Of a stretch of 11,475 bases of DNA, positions 1 through 6,809 are shown piece after piece. Source of the DNA: Candidatus Eiseniibacteriota bacterium (GTDB lineage: Bacteria > Eisenbacteria > RBG-16-71-46 > JABDJR01 > JAWXBZ01); the NCBI GenBank assembly GCA_034440375.1, contig JAWXBZ010000240.1, forward strand, positions 1 through 11,475, written 5' to 3'. Within the stretch, counting starts at the first letter, position 1; each line of letters starts with the position of its first letter. A program made the translations under genes and the position numbers. Below the pieces are notes generated by a model that saw nothing but the letters and a program-made list of their open reading frames with translations, was not told where the DNA came from and searched no databases.

Positions 1-3
1 AGC

Positions 4-837
4 GTGATTTCGACGACCAGCCGTCGGTTCCGAATGGCGACGGGGATGATGTGGGCCGCCGCAGCCTTTGCCGCCTTCTTCTCAATATCAGCAATCGGAT
101 GCGCGGCTACCCGCGGCGGCAGCCCACCTGCCACCGTCGGCGGTCACGCACTGGCCGGGACCTGGAAGGCCACGCTCCCCGCCGCTTCGAGCGGAGGGCG
201 GACACTCACGCTGGCGTTGAATCCGGACATGACCGCCCGGCTGACAACGAATTTCCAGAATTCCGAACCGACGCTGGTCGATGTCGGCACCTGGCGCGCC
301 AACGGGCAGGGGCTGGCCGAGGTGACGCTGCGGCGGGAGGGGCAGAACGCCGCGCCCACGACCATGAGCTTCAGGGGCGATGCCACCTCGTTGATGGCGG
401 TTGATTACGACAGAACCCAGTGGGGCACTTCCGGCCTGACATTCATGCGGACAGCCGCTCTGCAAACGGCCACCGTCGGTGGCGATCGCAATCCGGCCGG
501 CCTGGCCGGGTCGGGCTGGCAGTGGCAGAGCTTTCAATCGCCGACCGAGAACCTGACCGTGTCGGACCCCGAAAAATATACACTCGACTTCGGCGACGAT
601 GGCAACGTGTCCATCCTGGCCGTGTGCAATCGCGCGGGCGGGCCGGTCCGGCTGGGCGACGGCACGATCAGCATCAACCTCATGCGCCAGACGCGCATGG
701 CCTGCCCGCCAGGTTCCCTCGACGGCCGGTACACAGCGCTCCTGACCCGGGTGGTCACGTGGAGCCTCGTGAACGGTCAGTTGGTCATGGAAATACCGGC
801 CGAGTCGAGCGTGCTCCGATTCCGGCGGGTGAAGTAG
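4..837 (+). CDS. Putative lipoprotein with NlpE N-terminal-like domain and C-terminal META (HslJ) domain
   Basis: Basic N-terminus, hydrophobic stretch and lipobox-like AIG-C (Cys codon 100-102). GTWKATLPAASSGGRTLTLALNPDMTA resembles the NlpE-N motif. The C-terminal part GSGWQWQSF...YTLDF.DDG.VS....CNR...TRMACP...WSLVNGQL is typical of META with its two Cys. The start is uncertain (GTG 4, or ATG 34/46/49). Confidence 0.8.
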   Translation: MISTTSRRFRMATGMMWAAAAFAAFFSISAIGCAATRGGSPPATVGGHALAGTWKATLPAASSGGRTLTLALNPDMTARLTTNFQNSEPTLVDVGTWRANGQGLAEVTLRREGQNAAPTTMSFRGDATSLMAVDYDRTQWGTSGLTFMRTAALQTATVGGDRNPAGLAGSGWQWQSFQSPTENLTVSDPEKYTLDFGDDGNVSILAVCNRAGGPVRLGDGTISINLMRQTRMACPPGSLDGRYTALLTRVVTWSLVNGQLVMEIPAESSVLRFRRVK

Positions 838-867
838 CCGATCGATCGGCACGGACATCATCCCGCC

Positions 868-1491
868 ATGACGATCGACCTGCCGTTTCTCATGCACCGA
901 CCGCACCCCTGGCATGGCCTCGAGCCGGGCCCGGAGGCGCCGGATGTGGTTACCGCCTACATTGAAATCACGCCGTTTGATCTGGTGAAGTACGAGGTCG
1001 ACAAGGCCACCGGCTATCTCAAGGTCGACCGGCCGCAGCGTGGCTCCTCGTATCCGCCGACCCTGTACGGTTTCATTCCGAAAACGTATTGCGCCTCCCG
1101 TGTGGCTGCGCTCTGCCCCGGCTCAACCAGCGGTGACGGCGACCCGCTCGACGTGTGCGTCATCAGCGAGAGACCGATCGCCAAGTCGGAGATCATTCTG
1201 AAAGCGCGGGTGGTCGGGGGCTTGCAGATGATCGATGCGAATCAGGCCGACGACAAGATCGTGGCGGTGCTGGTGGGCGATTACGTCTGGGGCGGCGTGA
1301 CCGAGCTGGCCGACCTGCCTGCAGCGATGGTCGAGCGGCTGGAGCACTACTTCCTGACCTACAAGCTTCGACCCGGTCAGGAGAAGGCGCAGCCGGTACG
1401 GATCGCCAGCCGGTACGACGCGGAGCACGCCCGGGCGGTGATCCGGGCGTCGATGGCCGATTACGCCGAGGCTTTCGGACCGGCGGGCTGA
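868..1491 (+). CDS. ppa: Family I soluble inorganic pyrophosphatase
   Basis: HPWHG, IEI...[22 protein letters not shown], the DGDPLDV signature and [12 protein letters not shown]. Confidence 0.96.
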   Translation: MTIDLPFLMHRPHPWHGLEPGPEAPDVVTAYIEITPFDLVKYEVDKATGYLKVDRPQRGSSYPPTLYGFIPKTYCASRVAALCPGSTSGDGDPLDVCVISERPIAKSEIILKARVVGGLQMIDANQADDKIVAVLVGDYVWGGVTELADLPAAMVERLEHYFLTYKLRPGQEKAQPVRIASRYDAEHARAVIRASMADYAEAFGPAG

Positions 1492-2660
1492 GGCCCCCGC
1501 TTGTCCACCGGCCCCCGCTTCATCGTGTCGATGACCGCCTCGTGGATCCAGTGGCGCAGCGCCTCGCGGTCCGATGCCCGGAGCGCGCTGGTAATGATCG
1601 CACCCGGATACTGAAGGGCCAACCCGGCCAGCGCCGCTTCGTCCACGATTCGATCCGCCTTGTTGAGTACCAGCAGCGTCCGCCGTGAGCCGGCGCCGAT
1701 CTCCTCAAGCACCCGCTCCACCGCGTCGATCTGCGGTCCGGCGTCCGGGTGCGAGGCATCGACGACATGCAGGAGCAGGTCGGCCTCGACGACTTCCTCG
1801 AACGTCGATTTGAACGACGCCACCAGATGGTGCGGCAGCTTGCGCACGAAACCGACCGTATCGGACAACAGGGTGACCAGCCCGTCCGCCCAGACCAGCC
1901 GCCTCGTCGTGGCATCGAGCGTGGCAAAGAGCTTGTCTTCGGCCAGGACGTTGGCTTTCGTCAACGCATTCATCAGCGTTGACTTGCCGGCGTTGGTATA
2001 ACCGACCAGCGCCGTTCGATGCAGCTTCTGGCGGCGGTTGCGCTGCACCTGGCGCTCCTTTTCAACACCGCGCATTTTTTCCTTCAACATCGAGATCTTG
2101 TCGCGGACGAGCCGTCGATCGGTTTCGAGCTCGGTTTCGCCTGGCCCTCGAGTGCCGATGCCGCCGCCGGTACGCGACAGATGGCTCCACATCTTCGTCA
2201 GGCGTGGCAGGAGATATTCCAGCTGGGCCAGTTCCACCTGCAGCTTGGCCTCACGCGTGCGGGCCCGGGCGGCAAAAATATCGAGAATAAGTTCGGAACG
2301 ATCGAGGATTTTCTTCTTGAGTTCATCCTGGAGTCGCCGGACCTGGTTGGGTTGCAGGTCATCATCAAAAATGAACAGGTCCGCCTCACCGCTGTTGGCC
2401 ATTGCCTTCAGCTCGTCAAGCTTTCCCTTGCTGACAAAGGTACCGGGATGGATGGCGTCGCGCCGCTGGCGGACGATTCGGACCACCTCGGCTCCGGCGG
2501 TCTCGGTCAGGAGTGCCAGTTCGGCCAGCGCGTCTTCCTGGCTCTTGCGCGGCACCACACCAATCAGGACCGCCTTTTCCTTCCGGGCACGCTCGGCCTT
2601 CAGGTCGTGCAGACGGCGGCGTGTGCTGGCGACCTCGGGGATGTCAAAACTGTCTTTCAG
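1461..2660 (-). CDS. hflX: GTPase HflX (ribosome-splitting factor), probable CTG start at 2660
   Basis: N-domain motifs [30 protein letters not shown] and [20 protein letters not shown]1 GYTNAGKS, G2 FATLD, G3 DTVG, G4 NKAD. The frame stays open upstream of the GTG at 2558 called by the ORF track and encodes EKAVLIGV, the usual first strand of HflX. GGAGG lies 6 nt before CTG 2660. Confidence 0.95.
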   Translation of the reverse strand: MKDSFDIPEVASTRRRLHDLKAERARKEKAVLIGVVPRKSQEDALAELALLTETAGAEVVRIVRQRRDAIHPGTFVSKGKLDELKAMANSGEADLFIFDDDLQPNQVRRLQDELKKKILDRSELILDIFAARARTREAKLQVELAQLEYLLPRLTKMWSHLSRTGGGIGTRGPGETELETDRRLVRDKISMLKEKMRGVEKERQVQRNRRQKLHRTALVGYTNAGKSTLMNALTKANVLAEDKLFATLDATTRRLVWADGLVTLLSDTVGFVRKLPHHLVASFKSTFEEVVEADLLLHVVDASHPDAGPQIDAVERVLEEIGAGSRRTLLVLNKADRIVDEAALAGLALQYPGAIITSALRASDREALRHWIHEAVIDTMKRGPVDKRGPQPAGPKASA

Positions 2661-2666
2661 ACCAAA

Positions 2667-2671
2667 CCTCC
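2667..2671 (-). promoter_or_regulatory. Shine-Dalgarno GGAGG for hflX CTG start
   Basis: The minus strand reads CAAC-GGAGG-TTTGGT-CTG-AAA-GAC, in frame with hflX. Confidence 0.7.
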
Positions 2672-2684
2672 GTTGGGCACCGCT

Positions 2685-3074
2685 TCATGCCAGTACTTCG
2701 ACCACCTCGGAGTATCGACCGAGCAGGCGATCCACGGTCAGAAACCGGGCCGGTTCTTGTATCGCCTGGGCGACCAGCAGGCGGTCGAAGGGATCACGGT
2801 GATGCAACGGTAGCCGCATGACGGCCGCTGCGTGCGAAGAGGTAACCGGAAGCTCCTCGAAACCCATACTCGCGGCCGCCCTGGCAATCTCCTCCGGTGA
2901 AACCGGGAGGTTGAGGCGACCGATCTGGATCTTGATCGCCAGCTCCCAAATGCTGACCGCCGAAAAAAGGACGTCGTTGTCTGCCGATTCCAGGCGTTCA
3001 CGGGTCGAACCCGGGAGTCTTTGGGGTTCGGCGACCGCCCAAAGCAGCAGGTCAGTGTCAATAAGCAGGCGCAC
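2685..3074 (-). CDS. vapC: Type II toxin, VapC/PIN-domain ribonuclease (Sll0205-like)
   Basis: MRLLIDT.LLLW, SAVSIWELAIK..IGRL, LPLHHRDPFDRLLVAQA and LTVD supply the PIN acidic residues. It starts 4 nt after the antitoxin stop. Confidence 0.93.
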   Translation of the reverse strand: MRLLIDTDLLLWAVAEPQRLPGSTRERLESADNDVLFSAVSIWELAIKIQIGRLNLPVSPEEIARAAASMGFEELPVTSSHAAAVMRLPLHHRDPFDRLLVAQAIQEPARFLTVDRLLGRYSEVVEVLA

Positions 3075-3078
3075 CGCC

Positions 3079-3312
3079 CTAGCGCTCGAACTCGTTCAGC
3101 AAATCTTCTGGAAGGGGGTCATCGAAGTTCGGCAAAACCGAAAATTTGTCGGCCAAAATCCCGAGACGTCTGGGTCGTCTTACTGGACTCATTGGAACGA
3201 GGCGCGCCACGGGTTTTCCCGCTTTGGCGATGACCACTTCCTCGCCTGAATTCACATCTTCGACCAGCCGGGACAGGTGCGTCTTGGCTTCATGGATATT
3301 GACGGTGCGCAT
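3079..3312 (-). CDS. Type II antitoxin, Phd/YefM family
   Basis: MRTVNIHEAKTHLSRLVE.V.SGEEVVIAKAGKPVARLVP is a canonical Phd/YefM N-terminus, with an acidic tail FDDPLPEDLL. SD GAGGA is upstream. Confidence 0.95.
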   Translation of the reverse strand: MRTVNIHEAKTHLSRLVEDVNSGEEVVIAKAGKPVARLVPMSPVRRPRRLGILADKFSVLPNFDDPLPEDLLNEFER

Positions 3313-3328
3313 CGCTTGATCCTCTATT

Positions 3329-3367
3329 GACTAGACTTAGTCTGGTTTATTTCAGCGATTGCTGCAA
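3329..3367 (-). promoter_or_regulatory. Putative TA promoter (-35 TTGCAG, 17 nt, -10 CAGACT) with overlapping palindromic operator
   Basis: -35 at 3362-3367 and -10 at 3339-3344 on the minus strand. Inverted repeats AGACT-T-AGTCT (3333-3343) and GACTA-GACT-TAGTC (3329-3342) lie in an AT-rich intergenic gap. Confidence 0.6.
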
Positions 3368-3386
3368 GTCTTTAAATTCCATGGTC

Positions 3387-4622
3387 CTATCCTTCAGGGA
3401 AAATCTCCATGTCGTACGGATACAAGGTCAAATTGTCCAGACTGCCGTCCGGGCGCACCCAGACAACGTCCTCGAGGCGGACGGCCACGCCCTCGTCCGG
3501 AAAATAGAGGCCAGGCTCCACCGTGACCACATGACCCGGCGCCAGCACGTCGGGATTCGAGAGCGCCCCGCCGAGCCGCGGCGCTTCATGCAGGTCGAGC
3601 CCCAGGCCGTGTCCCAGGCCGTGAACGTAGCCCGCCTCGATGCGGCTGTCCTGTCGAATGGTGGCGTATCCCATCCGCTCGAATCTCTCACACGCCCTGA
3701 TCTGGTAGTTGATGCAGCGCGTGCCTACGGCCATCTCGGCCAGTGCCGACAGCAGCACTTCCTTCACCTGCGAATAGACCTCGCGCAGGCGCGCCGGTGC
3801 GGCGCCGACACAAAACGTGCGGGTCATGTCAAAGAAGTAGCCGCCGCCCGATTCCCGCGGGAAAATGTCGACAACGATGGACTGTCCTTCGAGAAGAACG
3901 TCCGTGTCAGTGCCCCGATTGTGCGGGGCCGTGCCGTCCTTCCCCATCGCGACGACCGAATCGTGATCTTCGATGACGCCGTGCCGGGCCCAGACGCGCC
4001 GCGTGCCAGCGCGGAGATCCCCGATCGTGATCGGTTTGCCCGATCGATCCTGGAGCTTTCCATCCACCAGGCGACCCGCGCGAACCGTCGCCTTGATCTC
4101 GTCCATGGCATCGAAACAAGCCTGACCGACCGCGCGCATCCGATCGATCTCGGCGGCCGATTTGGTGAGACGCGCCGCTTCCATGATCGAACGCCCGTTC
4201 ATCTCCTCGTGGATCGAGATGCCAGGTATTTCGCCGAGCCGGCGAATCATGGGGTAGAGGCGCGCCACTTCGCCGGTGCCGTACACGCCAACAATGCCGG
4301 TGGTGACGCCGAGCTTCTTCAGGAGGTGGGCCAGAAAGGCCGCCGTCGTGCCGGGCCCTTCGCCGCCATGCTCCTCGATGAATCGGCTCCAGTCGTTATC
4401 GGCGAAACTGGAGCCATCGATGCCGGTGGCGCGAGCCTGATCCCGCTCCATGGGGTTGTACACCAGGTGCGGCTCGTGGCCACGCCGCTTCAGCCAGACG
4501 GCGTTGGTGAGGCCGGCCCCATCCACGGCGTAGTACAGGCTGGGATTGCCGGACGAGCCGCCCAGAACGACGACGGCATCGACCGCTTTTTCGGTCATCA
4601 GGCGTTCGAGATCGGTCTTCAC
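3387..4622 (-). CDS. M24 family Xaa-Pro aminopeptidase/prolidase
   Basis: All pita-bread-fold metal ligands are present: VVDIFP...YFFDMTRTF, HGLGHGLGLDLHE, VTVEPGLY, VRLEDVV. GTG start with SD GGAGGT 6 nt upstream. Confidence 0.93.
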   Translation of the reverse strand: MKTDLERLMTEKAVDAVVVLGGSSGNPSLYYAVDGAGLTNAVWLKRRGHEPHLVYNPMERDQARATGIDGSSFADNDWSRFIEEHGGEGPGTTAAFLAHLLKKLGVTTGIVGVYGTGEVARLYPMIRRLGEIPGISIHEEMNGRSIMEAARLTKSAAEIDRMRAVGQACFDAMDEIKATVRAGRLVDGKLQDRSGKPITIGDLRAGTRRVWARHGVIEDHDSVVAMGKDGTAPHNRGTDTDVLLEGQSIVVDIFPRESGGGYFFDMTRTFCVGAAPARLREVYSQVKEVLLSALAEMAVGTRCINYQIRACERFERMGYATIRQDSRIEAGYVHGLGHGLGLDLHEAPRLGGALSNPDVLAPGHVVTVEPGLYFPDEGVAVRLEDVVWVRPDGSLDNLTLYPYDMEIFPEG

Positions 4623-4661
4623 GACATTACCTCCAAACGCGTCTGAATCAAGCAGGCCTGA

Positions 4662-4670
4662 ATCGTATCA
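4662..4670 (-). promoter_or_regulatory. Possible internal extended -10 promoter (TG-A-TACGAT) for the M24 peptidase
   Basis: The minus strand reads TGATACGAT, overlapping the DUF2723 stop codon about 40 nt upstream of the M24 start. No -35 is evident. Confidence 0.3.
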
Positions 4671-6809
4671 TGGAGCGGCCAGGACCTGTGTTGCGGCAAA
4701 GATGGTGTAGCCCGCGATCCGGCCGTCCGTGGTCGGTGGCCCCTCGCCCGTGAATTCAATGGCCACGGGCCGCCGCTCCGGATCGACCGGGATCGGCAGC
4801 GCCGTCAGAGACTGGTCACGTGTACTGAACCAGACGAGCAGATCCTTTGGAAGCCTGGCCTCCTGCGATTCCGCGTGGAAGTCCCAGACGTTGACGTATG
4901 ACTGGACGACCACGGTGTCCGGCGGTCCCTTGTCGTAGGTCACATGAATCTCTCCCAGCCGCAGGGCAGCCGGACCGGTCCAGGCGTCGACGGCCAGGAC
5001 GATCATGGACGTCGGTTCCGGCGCCAGCGGTACGCGGGCGGAAATCGCGGGCACCCCCCCGGTGGTGAACACCGACCACTTTCCGGTGAAGGAGTATGGC
5101 CGTGGAATGATCAGCGGCAGATGGCCCCAGTACTGGCGACCGCCTCCAAGCGCGAAGATCAATCCGGTCGAATCGAGCGAACCGACCGTGAATGGATCGG
5201 AGCGATAATCACAATTGGCCACACTCGAAAAATCGATCGAGAGCCAGGCCGGCTCGGTGTCCGGTGCCGTCCAGGCGCGCCGCGGCCCGAGAACGCGGAA
5301 GAGCCGACCCTCCGGGGCGGCGTGATACTCGTTGGACAGCCATTCATCCACCGTCGTCGTATAGACCGGCCGGCCGGTGGCCAGGTTGTCAGCCACGAAG
5401 CGCCGGCCGTTTTCGAGTACGTTGCGGCTCGGCGGCGCCAGGACAAGCTCCGGATCGCGAACGCGAAGGTTCTCGTGGTACCACGGCCACACCAGGAGCA
5501 GCCGGTAGGCCAGCGTCACATCCCGATTGTCGGTCACCACCTGGCGGTACCAGAGGCTGAAGCTGCGGCCGTCGCCGTCGGAGAGCACGATGGCTCGTTT
5601 CGGCAGCAGTGCCAGCGCCTCGCGCGAGTACTCCTCCGCTCCACGATCATCGTGCAGATTTGTGTTGCGCCAGAGGGCCGGCAGCTTGATCACCGGGCCG
5701 AGCAGGAGCGCCGCCACGATCAACCCACCGGCCCAAGCCCCGCCAAACCAGCGTCGTTCAGCCAGCCAGGAGACGCCCAGCGAGCAGAAGCCGGCCAGGA
5801 CAAAGGTCATCGGAAGCGTGTACCCGTCCGGGTCGGGAATGTCGTAGCTGGCGAAGGCCACGAGCGAGATCAGGAAGTAGATCACCAGCGACCACCAGGC
5901 CGCTGCACCCCACCGTCGGCGAAAGGCCACGAGACCCACGAGCGAAAGTGCCAGCGCGGACACCCCGAACTGCGCCGGCAGCGTTTCAAAAAGTGCCAGG
6001 CGGGCCCGCTCGGCCACGGCCGACAACGGCTCGTGAAACATGCGAAATCGATACTGCTCGCCCCGGGCCACCCAGCCGAGCTGTTCCCAGGTTTCAGGGT
6101 TACCCCAGTCGAGCGCCGGATCGAATTGCGAGCGGATCATCAGGACGACATACAGGCTGAGCGGCGCCAGCACCAGCGGCACGGCCATCGCCACGTACCG
6201 CCAGGGTATGGGCCGCGTCCGCCAGAGTGCGACGCCGGCCAGCAACGCGAGGCTGGGAGCCGCCAGCACCGCCATCCGGTGATGAACCAGGGCCAATCCC
6301 CCAACCCAGGCCAGCAACAACAGTCGCCGGGGCCAGCCGCCGGGAGCCATCGCCAGGAAAAAGAGTCCGGCAATGAACGCCATGTGCAGCGGGTACACCT
6401 CGATGATGGTTGCCTGGGACCACCAGATCGGGGACAGCGCGAAGAGCGCGGCGCCAACCGCGGCGCCCAACCGTGACGCCGCCACCCGCCAGAAGAAGAG
6501 AAATGACAGGGCCACCGCCAGTGCGGCCGTCAAATTGACGAACAGCTGCACGCGCCATGCGTTTTCATCCGCGCCGATGGACGCCACGCGCGTCAGCAGC
6601 GTGAAGAGCGGGTAGCCGGTTGGATGCGCAATGCCGAAAACCCGGGCCACGGCCGCGAACTCGGGCCCATCCTCCCCCGCGTGTTCCCACGAAATGCCGA
6701 CCGGCGAGGTCTGCGTGTACAGGAGAAAACTCAGGACACCGACGAGGATGGCAAACAGCAGCGGTGGCCGCCGGTCGTCCGGCACAGGGATCCCGTCCGG
6801 CTCCGCCAT
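4668..6809 (-). CDS. DUF2723 / TMEM260-like multi-pass membrane glycosyltransferase (GT-C) with C-terminal beta-rich extracytoplasmic domain
   Basis: GEDGPEF.......GIAHPTGYPLFTLL, WWSQATIIEVYPLH, GLALVHH, RS..DPALDWGNPETW and LP..AIVLSDGD..SFSLWY.Q motifs, plus many hydrophobic segments. Confidence 0.88.
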   Translation of the reverse strand: MAEPDGIPVPDDRRPPLLFAILVGVLSFLLYTQTSPVGISWEHAGEDGPEFAAVARVFGIAHPTGYPLFTLLTRVASIGADENAWRVQLFVNLTAALAVALSFLFFWRVAASRLGAAVGAALFALSPIWWSQATIIEVYPLHMAFIAGLFFLAMAPGGWPRRLLLLAWVGGLALVHHRMAVLAAPSLALLAGVALWRTRPIPWRYVAMAVPLVLAPLSLYVVLMIRSQFDPALDWGNPETWEQLGWVARGEQYRFRMFHEPLSAVAERARLALFETLPAQFGVSALALSLVGLVAFRRRWGAAAWWSLVIYFLISLVAFASYDIPDPDGYTLPMTFVLAGFCSLGVSWLAERRWFGGAWAGGLIVAALLLGPVIKLPALWRNTNLHDDRGAEEYSREALALLPKRAIVLSDGDGRSFSLWYRQVVTDNRDVTLAYRLLLVWPWYHENLRVRDPELVLAPPSRNVLENGRRFVADNLATGRPVYTTTVDEWLSNEYHAAPEGRLFRVLGPRRAWTAPDTEPAWLSIDFSSVANCDYRSDPFTVGSLDSTGLIFALGGGRQYWGHLPLIIPRPYSFTGKWSVFTTGGVPAISARVPLAPEPTSMIVLAVDAWTGPAALRLGEIHVTYDKGPPDTVVVQSYVNVWDFHAESQEARLPKDLLVWFSTRDQSLTALPIPVDPERRPVAIEFTGEGPPTTDGRIAGYTIFAATQVLAAP

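Noticed and set aside
2019..2813. Two long + strand ORFs (264 and 254 aa)
   Set aside because: They are antisense to hflX/vapC and have no family signatures.
3327..4646. 439-aa + strand ORF
   Set aside because: It is the antisense shadow of the M24 peptidase with no recognisable motifs; such ORFs are common in high-GC DNA.
4643..4664. Short direct repeat CTGAATC x2 between DUF2723 and M24
   Set aside because: It is only 7 bp with no supporting context, so it cannot be distinguished from chance.
4944..6476. 510-aa + strand ORF
   Set aside because: It is antisense to DUF2723, Arg/Gly/Pro-rich and without motifs.
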